This document shows positions 20,848-30,970 of a stretch of DNA of 64,000 nt, piece after piece. Below the pieces are notes generated by a model. The model saw nothing but the letters and a program-made list of their open reading frames with translations. It was not told the DNA's origin and did no database searches. The DNA comes from Spirochaetia bacterium (GTDB lineage Bacteria > Spirochaetota > Spirochaetia > SZUA-6 > Bin103), in the NCBI GenBank assembly GCA_965203515.1, contig OZ241907.1, forward strand, positions 1,594,129-1,658,128, written 5' to 3'. Position numbers and translations under genes: made by a program. The stretch's first letter is position 1; the number at the start of each line of letters is the position of its first letter.

Positions 20848-22743
20848 ATGAACAGCGCTCCGCTCGCTCCGATGATCGCCGGCGCCGCCGCGCCCGAGCT
20901 GGGCAACCGCCTCACGTACGGGTACGTGGCCCGCCACGCCCCGCGCCTGGAGCTGCCGGCCGCGGCGGCCGAGTGGGAGTCCCGCGCCGCCGGGCTGCGC
21001 GCCCGCTACCTCGACCTCTATCTGCGCGGCCATCCCGCCGATCTGCTGCAGGAGCCGCCGCGCGTGGTGTGGGGCGATACGCTCGATCCCGCGCCGGAGT
21101 ACCGCATCCGCAAGCTCCGCTTCGAAGGGTATCCCGGCGTCTGGGTGCCGGCGCTGCTCTATGAGCCGACCTCGCCGTTGGGCGGCGACCGCTCGACCCC
21201 GGCCGTACTCGACGTCAACGGCCACGAGCCGCGCGGCATCGCCGTCGAGCACAAGCAGGCGCGGTGCAGCAACCTGGCCAAGCGCGGCCTGCCGGCGCTG
21301 AGTCTGGAGCTGCTCGGCCGCGGCGAGATGACCAACCTGGCCCCGCACAACCACCAGCAGCTACTCGACCTGCTCGGCCGCGCCGGCGCCGGGGTCTTCT
21401 ACCTCACCATGAAGCGCGCGCTCGACATCGTGCTCGATCACGAGCTGACCGACCCCGCGCGCGTGGCGATGACCGGGCTGTCCGGCGGCGGCTGGCAGAC
21501 GATCGTGCTGTCCGCGCTCGACGAGCGGGTCGCCCTGAGCGTGCCGGTCGCCGGGCACATGCCGGCGGCCGACCGGCGCGATCCGGCCGACGTGGGCGAT
21601 GCCGAGCAGTTGCCGGCCGACCTGTGCGCGATCGGCGACTACGACGTGCTGTCCGCGCTGGTGGCGCCGCGCCCGGTGCTGTTCATCTTCAACCGGTACG
21701 ACGACTGCTGCTTCCAGCCGCACAAGGCGGCGGCCGGCACCTACGGAGCGGCGCGCGGCGTCTACGAGCTGCTGGGCGCGGCCGACCGCTGCGGACTGCA
21801 CGTCGGCACCGAACCCGGCCACAACTACGGCCAGGGCAATCGCTGCCGGTTCTACGCCTGGCTCAACCGCCACTTCGGCCTGGACACGCCGGACCGTGAG
21901 CTGCCGTGGCGGGACGAGGTGTACCGCGAGCGCGACCTGTGGGTCGGTCTGCCCGCGCACCGGACGACGTTCGGCGCCCTGGCCGCCGACCGCCTGCAGG
22001 AGCTCCGCCAGCGGGAGGCGGACCGCCCGCGCCGGCCCACCCGCGCCGACGTCGACACGCTGCTGCGGTACCGCCGCAGCTCCGTGACCGCCGTCACCAC
22101 GCAGGCGAGCTGGATTTGGGTCCGGGACGATCGGGGCGTGCGGGTCGAAGAGATCACCCTGCAGGTCGACGGCTACTGGCCGCTGCCCGGCCGCTTGGCC
22201 GTACCCGACGACGCCGCCGGCGCGACCGTGGTCATCGGCGACGCCGGCGGAGCGACCGCCTCCTGCGCGACCGCCGCCGCCGAGGCCGAGGCTCGCGCCC
22301 GCGACACCGGGCAGGCGTTCCTGCACGTCGACCTGATCGGCGTCGGCGCGCTGGCCGCTTCGCACGGGTACGGGCTGCTGCTGCGGACGATCGGCCGGCC
22401 GATCCTGGGGCTGCAGACCGCCCAGCTCGCCGCCGCGGCGGCCTGGGCCGGCGAGCGCTTCGCCGGAACGGTCTCCGTGGAGGCCGGCGGCCGGGTCGCC
22501 TCCCTGGCGGCGCTGCTCGCCGCCGCGCGCGATCCGGCCGCGTTCGCCCGCGTCGCCACCGACGGGCTGCCCTACTCGCTGGACGACCTGATCGAGTCGC
22601 ACGTGCCCCCGGACGGCCCGGAATACCCGCTGTTCTGCTTCGGGATGCGCGAGCTGCTCGACGTGCCGGACCTGCTCGAGCTGGCCGGATCGCTGCCGAT
22701 CGTCGATCGCAGCCGCGGCCCCCTCACGTCGAGCGCCGCGTGA
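20848..22743 (+). CDS. Two-domain alpha/beta hydrolase (acetylxylan esterase-like)
   Basis: PALLYEP, VNGH, MTGLSGGGWQT nucleophile elbow, DDCCF, GHNY. Confidence 0.8.
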   Translation: MNSAPLAPMIAGAAAPELGNRLTYGYVARHAPRLELPAAAAEWESRAAGLRARYLDLYLRGHPADLLQEPPRVVWGDTLDPAPEYRIRKLRFEGYPGVWVPALLYEPTSPLGGDRSTPAVLDVNGHEPRGIAVEHKQARCSNLAKRGLPALSLELLGRGEMTNLAPHNHQQLLDLLGRAGAGVFYLTMKRALDIVLDHELTDPARVAMTGLSGGGWQTIVLSALDERVALSVPVAGHMPAADRRDPADVGDAEQLPADLCAIGDYDVLSALVAPRPVLFIFNRYDDCCFQPHKAAAGTYGAARGVYELLGAADRCGLHVGTEPGHNYGQGNRCRFYAWLNRHFGLDTPDRELPWRDEVYRERDLWVGLPAHRTTFGALAADRLQELRQREADRPRRPTRADVDTLLRYRRSSVTAVTTQASWIWVRDDRGVRVEEITLQVDGYWPLPGRLAVPDDAAGATVVIGDAGGATASCATAAAEAEARARDTGQAFLHVDLIGVGALAASHGYGLLLRTIGRPILGLQTAQLAAAAAWAGERFAGTVSVEAGGRVASLAALLAAARDPAAFARVATDGLPYSLDDLIESHVPPDGPEYPLFCFGMRELLDVPDLLELAGSLPIVDRSRGPLTSSAA

Positions 22744-23657
22744 CCCGCTACCTGATCACCGGCGCCGCCGGCAACCTGGCGCGCCTGCTGGTGGAGCGCC
22801 TGCAGGCCGCCGGCAAGCAGGTCACCGGGCTCGACCGGGAACCGGCGGCGGTCCCCGGCGTCCGCTTCGAGCGGGCCGACGTCACCGATGCGGCGCGCCT
22901 GGCGGCGATCGTCGACGAGGTGCGGCCCGAGTGCATCCTGCACATGGCGTCGCTGCTGACCCTCTCGTCGGAGGCCGACCCCGCCGCCGCCTGGCGGGTG
23001 AACGCCACCGCCTCGATCGACCTGCTGCGCGCCGCCGCCGAGCGCGGCGTGCGCCGGTTCTTCTTTCCCAGCACCATCGCCACCTACGCGGGAGCGCTTC
23101 CCGACCCGCTGCCGGAGGACTACCCGCAGTGGCCGGCTACCGTCTACGGGGTGACCAAGGTCGCGGTCGAGCGGATGGGCGCCTACCTGTGGCGGACCGC
23201 CGGACTCGACTTCCGCGCGGTGCGGCTGCCGGTGGTCGTGTCGCCGTACGCGCCGCCGGGGGCGGTGAGCGCCTACCCCTCGCACGGCTTCGCCGCCGCC
23301 CGCCGCGGCGCGCCGTTCGCCTACCCCGCCCCCCCGGACCTGCGCGTGTCGTCGATCTACGTGATGGACGTGATCGAAGGCATCCTGCGGCTGGTCGACG
23401 CCGACCCGGCGCGCCTGTCCCGGCGGGTATACAACCTGCACGCCTTCGCGCCTTCCACGCAAGACATCGCCGGCGCCGTCTGCCGGCTCGCGCCCGGCTT
23501 CCGCTACCGGTTCGAGCCGCGCGCGGACGTCATCGCCATGCTCGGCTCCCTGCCGTCGGTGCTGGTCGACGCCAGCGCGCGACGCGACTGGGGCTGGAAC
23601 CCGCGGTTCGACCTGGCCGCCGCCGCCGCCGACATGGCGCGTCTCCCGGAGCGCTGA
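22740..23657 (+). CDS. NAD-dependent epimerase/dehydratase (L-threonine 3-dehydrogenase-like SDR)
   Basis: YLITGAAGNL, HMASLL, FPSTIA, YGVTK. Confidence 0.85.
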   Translation: MTRYLITGAAGNLARLLVERLQAAGKQVTGLDREPAAVPGVRFERADVTDAARLAAIVDEVRPECILHMASLLTLSSEADPAAAWRVNATASIDLLRAAAERGVRRFFFPSTIATYAGALPDPLPEDYPQWPATVYGVTKVAVERMGAYLWRTAGLDFRAVRLPVVVSPYAPPGAVSAYPSHGFAAARRGAPFAYPAPPDLRVSSIYVMDVIEGILRLVDADPARLSRRVYNLHAFAPSTQDIAGAVCRLAPGFRYRFEPRADVIAMLGSLPSVLVDASARRDWGWNPRFDLAAAAADMARLPER

Positions 23658-23751
23658 CCGCGACGTCTGCGAGCCACCTGCGGTATCCTGACCCCATGAG
23701 CAGCGTTGCGACGATGGAGGCCCAGCCGACGGAGGCCCGGCCGTTCGACCG

Positions 23752-24555
23752 ATGGTGCGCGTCGAAGGACTGACCAAGCGGTACGGGGCGGTCCGGGCGC
23801 TGCGCGGCGTCTCCTTTACGGTCGACCGCGGTGAGGTGGTCGGGCTGCTCGGCCCGAACGGCGCCGGCAAGACCACCACGATGCGCATCCTCACCGGGTA
23901 CGTGGCGGCCACCTCCGGCCGCGCCCTGGTCGGCGGCGTGGACGTCGCCGTCGATCCGTTGGCCGTCAAGCGCATGGTCGGGTACCTGCCGGAGTTCGCG
24001 CCGCTCTACGCGGAGATGCTGGTGCACGACTACCTGCAGTACGCCGGCGCCGTGCACGGCATGCGCAAGCGGGAACGGCAGCGCAGAATCGGCGACCTGG
24101 TGCCGCTCTGCGGCCTCGCCGACGTGATCCACCGGCCGTTCCGGGAGCTGTCGCGCGGCTACAAGCAGCGGGTGGGCCTGGCGCACGCGCTGATCGCGGA
24201 CCCCGACCTGCTCGTGCTCGACGAGCCGACCGCCGGCCTCGATCCCAATCAGATCGTCGAGATTCGGTCGATCATCCGCGCCGCCGGCGAGCGCAAGGCG
24301 ATCGTCTTCTCCACCCACATCCTGAGCGAGGCGGAGAGCACCTGCCAGCGCATCGTGATCATCGACCGCGGCGCCGTGGTCGCCGACGGCACCGCCGCCG
24401 AGCTGACCCGCGGCCGGTCGCTGGAAGAGCGCTTTCGCGAGCTGACCGCGGCCGGCGGCGCGGCCACGGACGACGGCGCGGCCGGGGACGGCGCCGGGCC
24501 GCCCTCCGGCTCGGCCGGCGCCCGGCGGCGGGCCCGCCGCAAGCTGCGCCCGTGA
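23752..24555 (+). CDS. ABC transporter ATP-binding protein (GldA-like)
   Basis: GPNGAGKTT, LSRGYKQRVG, LDEPT, STH. Confidence 0.95.
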   Translation: MVRVEGLTKRYGAVRALRGVSFTVDRGEVVGLLGPNGAGKTTTMRILTGYVAATSGRALVGGVDVAVDPLAVKRMVGYLPEFAPLYAEMLVHDYLQYAGAVHGMRKRERQRRIGDLVPLCGLADVIHRPFRELSRGYKQRVGLAHALIADPDLLVLDEPTAGLDPNQIVEIRSIIRAAGERKAIVFSTHILSEAESTCQRIVIIDRGAVVADGTAAELTRGRSLEERFRELTAAGGAATDDGAAGDGAGPPSGSAGARRRARRKLRP

Positions 24556-25259
24556 GCCGCGCCGTTCTGCCGATCATCGCCCGCGAGCTGCGCGCCGTGT
24601 TCCTGGCGCCGGTCGGCTACCTCGTGGCGATCGTCTTCCTGGTGATGACCGGCTGGCTCTTCATGCAGCCGTTCTTCCTCAACGGCCGCGCCGACCTGCG
24701 CCAGTTCTTCGAGCTGCTGCCGCTCACCCTGGCGCTGCTCGTGCCGGCGGTCACCATGCGGGCGTTCGCCGAGGAGTTCTCGACCGGCTCCTTCGAGGCG
24801 CTGGTCACCCTGCCGGTGACCCGCCTCGACGTGCTGATCGGCAAGTTCACGGGGGCGGTCGGCTTCGCGGCGCTGGCGCTGGCGCCGACCGTCCTGTACC
24901 CGATCGTGATCGCGCGCCTGGGCGATCTCGACTGGGGGCCGGTGGTCGCCGGGTACGCGGGAGCCGTGCTGCTCATCGGCCTGTACTGCGCGGTCGGCCT
25001 GCTCGCCTCCGCCCTGACCCGCAACCAGATCGTGGCGTTCGTGATCGGCCTGGCGATCGCGCTGAGCCTGGCCCTGATCGACGACCTGCTGATCTACGTG
25101 CCGGGCCGGATCACGGCCGCGGTGCAGTACCTGGGCGCCGACTACCACTTCCGCAGCATCGCGCGCGGCGTGCTCGACTCGCGCGACCTGATCTACTTCC
25201 TGTCCGGCATCGCCGTCTTCCTGACCGGCACCGGCCTCGCGCTCCGGCGGCGCTCATGA
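24552..25259 (+). CDS. ABC-2 permease (GldF-like)
   Basis: Multi-TM; 'PAVTMRAFAEE..G..E.L.TLP', 'RNQIVAF', 'HFRSIARGVLD'. Confidence 0.9.
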   Translation: MSRAVLPIIARELRAVFLAPVGYLVAIVFLVMTGWLFMQPFFLNGRADLRQFFELLPLTLALLVPAVTMRAFAEEFSTGSFEALVTLPVTRLDVLIGKFTGAVGFAALALAPTVLYPIVIARLGDLDWGPVVAGYAGAVLLIGLYCAVGLLASALTRNQIVAFVIGLAIALSLALIDDLLIYVPGRITAAVQYLGADYHFRSIARGVLDSRDLIYFLSGIAVFLTGTGLALRRRS

Positions 25260-27433
25260 CGGCCGGCTCCGGCGCCCGCGACGGCGCCGGCTCGACGCGG
25301 CGGATCGCCCGGCTCGCCGACCGGCTGATCCCGCCGCTGCTCTACCTGGGCGCGGTGGTGATGGTCAACGTCGCCTCCTCCTCCCTCTTCGTGCAGGTCG
25401 ATCTCACAGAGGGCAGGGTCCACTCCCTGGCGCCGGAGAGCGTGGCGGCGGTGAGCCGTCTGCGCGAACCGCTGACGATCCGCGCCTTCTTCTCCGCCGA
25501 CCTGCAGGCGCCGTTCAACAACATCGAGCGCGCGGTGCGCGATCTGTTCGATTTCTACGCCATGCACGGCGGCGAGTTCTTCAACACCACCTTCCATTCG
25601 ATCGGCGACGGCGCCGAAGGGCAGGAGACCGAACGGCTGGCGCGCGACTATCTGATCTACCCGATACAGGTCGAGCAGGTCGACCGCACGGAGGTGGTGG
25701 TGCGGTCGGTCTACGCCGGCCTCGCCCTGGTGCACGGCGACCTGGTGGAGACGATCGGCGCGCTGACCACCACCGACGGCCTGGAGCTGCGGATCACGGA
25801 GGCGATCGGCCGCCTCACCGGGCGCGTCAGCGCGCTGCTGGCGCTCGAGGAGGACATCGCGGTGCGGCTCTACTTCTCGGGCGAGATCGCCTCGCTGAGT
25901 CCCGGCCTGGAGACCCTGCCGGCCGCGGTGGCCGGGATCGTGGAGGAGTTGAACGGCGCCTGGTTCGACCGGCTCGACTTCAGCGCCGTCGACCCGTCTG
26001 CGACCCCGCTCGATCCGATCGACGCGCTGCGGCTGCAGCTCACGCCGCTGGCGTTGCGCGCCGCCGACGGCGCGGAACGCTTCGCCTACGCCGGCATCGT
26101 CCTGGCTTCCGGCGGCAAGACGCTGACGCTCAACCTGATCGAAACGACGCCGCAGGGCGCGCGCGTCGCCGATCCGGAGACGATCCGACGATCGGTCGAC
26201 GGCACGCTCAAGGGGCTGCTCGGCAGCCAGCCGGAGATCGGCTACCTGGCGGACTTCGGCACGCCGCCCTATCGGGGCAACCTCACCGAGGGCCGTCAGC
26301 CGGTGATGGTCGATCTGGCGGACCTGTACGAGCTGCTGTCGGGCGACTACCGCTACCGCGGCCTGTTGCTCGAAGACCGGGAGATACCGCCGGATCTGCG
26401 CGCGCTGCTGATCGTATCGCCCCAGGAGCCGCTCACGGAGTGGGCGCTCTTTCAGATCGATCAGCACCTGATGCGCGGCGGCGCGGTGCTGGCCTTTCTC
26501 GACACGCACTCGATCTTCACCACCGCCTCCTTCGGCGGCGGCAGCTCGCTGCCGGTACCGCGGCAGACCGGGCTGGAGGAGCTCTTCTCCCACTACGGCG
26601 TGCGCGTACTGCCCCGCTACGTACTCGACGACGAGCAAGCGTTCGTGCAGCGGCAGCCCGACGAGCGCGGCGGCGTCTTCGAGACCCGCATCTCCTTCGT
26701 GCCGGTGCTGCGCCGGCCGGACATCGACACCTCGTGGCTGCCGCTGCGGAGACTCGACGACCTCCTGGTGATGAACGCGTCGCCGCTGGAGCTGACCGGC
26801 GCGCAGCCCGACGCGCGGTTCGTCGAAGCGCTGCGCAGCTCGGCCACCGCCTGGGAGGTGCCCGGCGGCACCGACCTGATCGACGCCCGCGCCACCGCGC
26901 CGCCGCCGGACGACCGCCGCGGCTCCAGTCTGCTCGCCGCCTATGCCGAAGGGCGGTTCACCAGCTACTTCGCCGATCGCACCCCGCCGGCGCGGCCCGC
27001 CGGTGACGGCGGCGAGGAGGGAGGGACGCTGATCGGCGACGCGGTGCAGGCCGCGCTCCCGGTGGTGCCGGAGAGTGCGCCGGGCGCCCGATTGTTCGTG
27101 ATCGGCACCTCCACGATCCTTGGCAACAGCTTCATCGACGCCCGCCGGCCGGGGCCCAACACCATCCTGATCCACAACCTGATCGACTACCTGACCGGGC
27201 AGGAGCAGCGGGCGGCGCTGCGCGGCCGAGGCGCTCCGGTGCGCCGGCTCGGCGCCTTCTCCTCGGCGACCGAGAGCGCGGTCAAGACCTTCCTGATCGC
27301 GGGACCGCCCGCCCTGGCGGCGCTGGCCGGCGCCGCGCTCTGGCTGTGGTGGCGGCTGCGCCAGCGCGGCATCCAGGCGCGCTTCGGCCCGGGCGCAGCG
27401 GACACCGGCGCGGCGCGGGCCGCCGTCCCGTGA
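25256..27433 (+). CDS. GldG-like ABC auxiliary protein
   Basis: DLTEGRVHSLA, 'FQIDQHLMRGG', N- and C-terminal TM helices; position in the GldAF-like operon. Confidence 0.85.
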   Translation: MTAGSGARDGAGSTRRIARLADRLIPPLLYLGAVVMVNVASSSLFVQVDLTEGRVHSLAPESVAAVSRLREPLTIRAFFSADLQAPFNNIERAVRDLFDFYAMHGGEFFNTTFHSIGDGAEGQETERLARDYLIYPIQVEQVDRTEVVVRSVYAGLALVHGDLVETIGALTTTDGLELRITEAIGRLTGRVSALLALEEDIAVRLYFSGEIASLSPGLETLPAAVAGIVEELNGAWFDRLDFSAVDPSATPLDPIDALRLQLTPLALRAADGAERFAYAGIVLASGGKTLTLNLIETTPQGARVADPETIRRSVDGTLKGLLGSQPEIGYLADFGTPPYRGNLTEGRQPVMVDLADLYELLSGDYRYRGLLLEDREIPPDLRALLIVSPQEPLTEWALFQIDQHLMRGGAVLAFLDTHSIFTTASFGGGSSLPVPRQTGLEELFSHYGVRVLPRYVLDDEQAFVQRQPDERGGVFETRISFVPVLRRPDIDTSWLPLRRLDDLLVMNASPLELTGAQPDARFVEALRSSATAWEVPGGTDLIDARATAPPPDDRRGSSLLAAYAEGRFTSYFADRTPPARPAGDGGEEGGTLIGDAVQAALPVVPESAPGARLFVIGTSTILGNSFIDARRPGPNTILIHNLIDYLTGQEQRAALRGRGAPVRRLGAFSSATESAVKTFLIAGPPALAALAGAALWLWWRLRQRGIQARFGPGAADTGAARAAVP

Positions 27434-28347
27434 GGCCGGTCGTGCGGGCGCTGCTGCGCTACGCGCTGCCGCTGGCGGTGATCGCCGCCCTGTCGGTCTA
27501 TCTGGCCGCGCGGCGCGACGACCGGCTGCACTACGAGCTGCCGGTCCTGCCGCCGCTGGCGGCGGCCGCCGTCGACCGGGTCGAGGTCGAGCGCGGCGAT
27601 GCGCGGGTGGCGCTCGAGCGCACCGACGGGGGCTGGCTGATCGACGGTCCCGGCTTCGCCGCCGAGCCGTCGATCGTCGCCGGCATGGTGAGCGCCGCGG
27701 CCACCCTCAGGCTGACCGACCTGATCGCCGGCGAGCCGACCTACGGGCGCTATGGACTGGGCGAGGCGGAGGCGATCACCGCCGCCTTCCTGGAAGGCGC
27801 GAGCCGCCTGCGGGTGCTCCGGATCGGCAAGCGGGCGCCGACCTACAGCCACACCTACGTGCTGATCGACGACGACCCGCGCGTATACCAGGCGGCCGGC
27901 GACCTGACCCGCGCCTTCTCCGCGCAGGTCTCGGTGCTCCGCGACCGGACGATCCTGCGCTTCGAGCCGAGCGAGGTCACGACGATCGCGGTGCAGGGTG
28001 CCGGCGCTGGCGCCGCCGTCGAGTTGCTGCGCGGCGTGCCGCCCACGCCGGAGGCGTCGCCCACCTGGAACGCGGCCGGCGGCGGCGAGCGCGACGCGGC
28101 AGCGATCGGCCGGGCGATGGAGCTGCTCGCCAGGATGCGGGCCAGCCGCTTCGTCGACGCCCTTCCCGACGCGCCGCCGCTGCTGGAGCTGGAGTTGCGC
28201 GGCGCGGATGCCACGCATCGGCTGACGATCTACCCGGAGTCGGAGAACGCCCATACGGCGACCTCCTCCGACGTCGACGGACCGTTCGTGCTGCTGCCGG
28301 CGCTGCTGACCGAGGTGTTCGCGGCGTTTCAGGTCGACCCGGCCTGA
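27430..28347 (+). CDS. DUF4340-like exported protein
   Basis: GTG overlaps the previous stop; N-terminal TM; 'YGL', 'LRIGK..YV', 'LRDRTIL'; usual fourth gene of GldAFG-like operons. Confidence 0.75.
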   Translation: MRPVVRALLRYALPLAVIAALSVYLAARRDDRLHYELPVLPPLAAAAVDRVEVERGDARVALERTDGGWLIDGPGFAAEPSIVAGMVSAAATLRLTDLIAGEPTYGRYGLGEAEAITAAFLEGASRLRVLRIGKRAPTYSHTYVLIDDDPRVYQAAGDLTRAFSAQVSVLRDRTILRFEPSEVTTIAVQGAGAGAAVELLRGVPPTPEASPTWNAAGGGERDAAAIGRAMELLARMRASRFVDALPDAPPLLELELRGADATHRLTIYPESENAHTATSSDVDGPFVLLPALLTEVFAAFQVDPA

Positions 28348-28368
28348 CCGACGCGCACGGTCGAAGCC

Positions 28369-29892
28369 TCACTCGCCGGCGGCCAGCGCCTCCTCCTCGG
28401 CCTTGAGCGTCTTGGCGGCGTCTTCCCGGCGGAGCTGGTCGACGCTCCGCACCGGCAGCCGCGCGGCCCCCTGCCAATCGCGGGTCGGCAGTCGCGGTGC
28501 CGAGCGCGCCCGCTCGCGGGCGGCGGCGATCGCCGCGCCGTACTGGGGCAGCCACTCGGCCTGCGCGATCAGCAGGTCGTCGACCATCTGCGCGATCTCC
28601 GGGGGCGTGCAGACGGCGCCGACCAGCGGGTCCATCATCATCGCCTGCACCAGCAACCGGTCGTCGCCGCCGACCGCCGCCTCCACCGCCAGCCGTTGCA
28701 CGGAGATGCTGGCGTTGCAGACGGCGGCGCAGCCGAGCGGCAGCTCGCCGACCAGCGGGATATGGAGGCCGGTGCGGTCGACGTAGCCCGGCGCCTCCAC
28801 GCAGGCGTCGGCCGGCAGGTTGGCGATGCAGCCCCGGTTCTCCACGTTGAAGTGCCCGCGGTAGACGCGGCCGGTCTCCAGCCCCTCCAGGATGTAGGAG
28901 CCGTGCTCGGTGGAGCGGGTCTCCGGCGTATACCGCTCGGGCGGCTCGGCCATCCAGCGGGGGAAGTCCTCCTCGAACCAGTCGCGCCGCTCGGTGCTGA
29001 GACGCAGATAGCCGCCGGTCTCGCCATCGATCCAGGAGCCGAGGTCGATCCAGTCGCGGATCTCCTCCGGGCGCTTGCGGAACCAGGGCACGTACTCGCT
29101 CAGGTGACCGTTGGACTCGGTCGAGTAGCAGCCGAAGCGGCGCAGCATCTCGATCCGCACCTTCTCCGTGCGGCGGTAGACGGGATGGCGCTCGTACGCC
29201 TCCAGCAGCTCGCCCGAGACGTCGCGGCCCCGGTGCAGAAGCTGGACGTACCAAGTCTGATGGTTGATGCCGGCGGCGCGGTAGTCGAGCTCGCCGGCCG
29301 GAATCCCCAGCGCGTCGGCGATCTGCGCATGGCCGCCCTGCACGCCGTGGCACAGGCCGACCGTCGGCACGCGCCCGTAGCGGTTGGCCGCCCAGGTGAG
29401 CATCGCCATCGGGTTGGAGTAGTTGAAGAAGCGGCAGCCCGGCTCGGCGACCTCGCGGATATCCTTGCAGAGCGCCAGGATCACGGGGATGCCGCGCTGG
29501 CCGTACATGATGCCGCCGGCGCACAGGGTGTCGCCAACGCACTGGTCGATGCCGTAGCGCAGCGGCACCTCGATGTCGGTCGCGAACGCCGGCAGCCCGC
29601 CGATGCGGGCCGTGCAGAAGACGTAGCGCGCCCCGCTCACCGCCTCCCGCCGGTCCAGGGTCGCGGCAAGGCGCACCCCGTCCCGTCCGTTCGCTTCGAT
29701 GTCGCGCCGCACCAGCCGCTCCACCATCGACAGATTCCGCTCGCTGATGTCCATGCAGGCGATTTCGATGCCGCCGAACTCGGGAACGGTGAGGATGTCC
29801 CCGACCAACTTGCGCGTGAAGCCGATGCTGCCGGCGCCGATGAACGCCACCTTGAACGAGCGGGAGCCGGCGGGACCGTGAGCGGAGGCCAT
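28369..29892 (-). CDS. melA: GH4 alpha-galactosidase/alpha-glucosidase
   Basis: KVAFIGAGS, NYSNPM, GLCHG, GINHQ, TESNGHLSEY. Confidence 0.92.
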   Translation of the reverse strand: MASAHGPAGSRSFKVAFIGAGSIGFTRKLVGDILTVPEFGGIEIACMDISERNLSMVERLVRRDIEANGRDGVRLAATLDRREAVSGARYVFCTARIGGLPAFATDIEVPLRYGIDQCVGDTLCAGGIMYGQRGIPVILALCKDIREVAEPGCRFFNYSNPMAMLTWAANRYGRVPTVGLCHGVQGGHAQIADALGIPAGELDYRAAGINHQTWYVQLLHRGRDVSGELLEAYERHPVYRRTEKVRIEMLRRFGCYSTESNGHLSEYVPWFRKRPEEIRDWIDLGSWIDGETGGYLRLSTERRDWFEEDFPRWMAEPPERYTPETRSTEHGSYILEGLETGRVYRGHFNVENRGCIANLPADACVEAPGYVDRTGLHIPLVGELPLGCAAVCNASISVQRLAVEAAVGGDDRLLVQAMMMDPLVGAVCTPPEIAQMVDDLLIAQAEWLPQYGAAIAAARERARSAPRLPTRDWQGAARLPVRSVDQLRREDAAKTLKAEEEALAAGE

Positions 29893-30002
29893 GGCGGTAT
29901 CCTGGGCCGCTCGGCCCCGGTAGTAAAGCCTCGGTCGTAACGGCTCGGCCGTAACGGCCGGGGCGCCGGCGGCCGGCCGGGCCGCAGCGTTTCGGACCGG
30001 GC

Positions 30003-30941
30003 TCAGGCGAGAGGTTCGCCGCCCGCGCGCCGTATCTCCCGGTCTGACGGCATGGCGCTCTGCGCTCCCTCACGCGTGACGCACAGGGCCGCCGCCACGA
30101 CCGCGCGCCGCAGCGCGGCGCGGGGATCGCGGCCGGCTGCGATCCCGGCCGCGAATACGCCGGCGAAGCAGTCCCCGGCCCCCACCGTGTCGATCGCCCG
30201 CACCGGATGCGCGGCCTGGCGGTGCGCTCCGTGCGCGTCGGCCAGCACCGCGCCCTCCGCGCCGAGGGTCACCAGCACCCGCGAACAGCCGAGCCCGGCT
30301 GCTGCGCGGCGCGCCGCCTCGGCAGCCGACTCCCCGGACCGCCGGGGAGTGAGCGCATCGAGCTCGCCCGCATTGACGATCAGGTAGTCGACGCCCGCGA
30401 TCGCCGCCCGCTCGGCCGCTCCGACCGCCGTCAGCGCGGGAGCGGCGTTCCACATCACCGCCGCGCCGCGTTCGCGCGCCAGCGCGGCCGCCGCCATCGT
30501 GACGCTCACGTCGATCTCGTTCTGCAGCAGCACGACGTCACCCGGCCCCAGGTCGGCGCGGAAGGCGTTGGCATCGAGTCGAAAGGCGCCGTTGGCGCCG
30601 GGCGCCACGGCGATCTGGTTCTCGCCGCGGGCGTCGACGCAGATCAGCGCCACCCCCGACCGGTGGTCGGGCAGCGCCGCCACGTGATCGGTCACCACTC
30701 CGGCGGCGGTCAGGTCGGCGGTGCGCGCTCTGCCGTACGGGTCGTCGCCGACCGCGCCGTGCAACGCGCACGGCGCACCGGCGCGCGCCGCCGCGACCGC
30801 CTGATTCGCCCCCTTGCCGCCGGCGGTCTCCGCGAACCGGGCGCCGCCCACCGTCTCACCCGGCGCCGGCAGCCGCTCGACGTAGGCGACCAGGTCGGTA
30901 TTGACGCTCCCGACCACGACGACCGAACCGGTCAGCGGCAC
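30003..30941 (-). CDS. rbsK: Ribokinase
   Basis: VVVGSVNTD, GGKGANQAVAAAR, LLQNE, DTVGAGDCF. GTG 30941 lies 7 nt below TATACT. Confidence 0.92.
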   Translation of the reverse strand: MPLTGSVVVVGSVNTDLVAYVERLPAPGETVGGARFAETAGGKGANQAVAAARAGAPCALHGAVGDDPYGRARTADLTAAGVVTDHVAALPDHRSGVALICVDARGENQIAVAPGANGAFRLDANAFRADLGPGDVVLLQNEIDVSVTMAAAALARERGAAVMWNAAPALTAVGAAERAAIAGVDYLIVNAGELDALTPRRSGESAAEAARRAAAGLGCSRVLVTLGAEGAVLADAHGAHRQAAHPVRAIDTVGAGDCFAGVFAAGIAAGRDPRAALRRAVVAAALCVTREGAQSAMPSDREIRRAGGEPLA

Positions 30942-30970
30942 GGCGGCGAGTATAGTACGGCGGCGCGGCG

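Noticed and set aside
23752-28347. GldAFG-like operon as evidence of gliding motility
   Set aside because: This ABC/DUF4340 operon is widespread outside Bacteroidota, and no type IX secretion or gliding motor genes are present.
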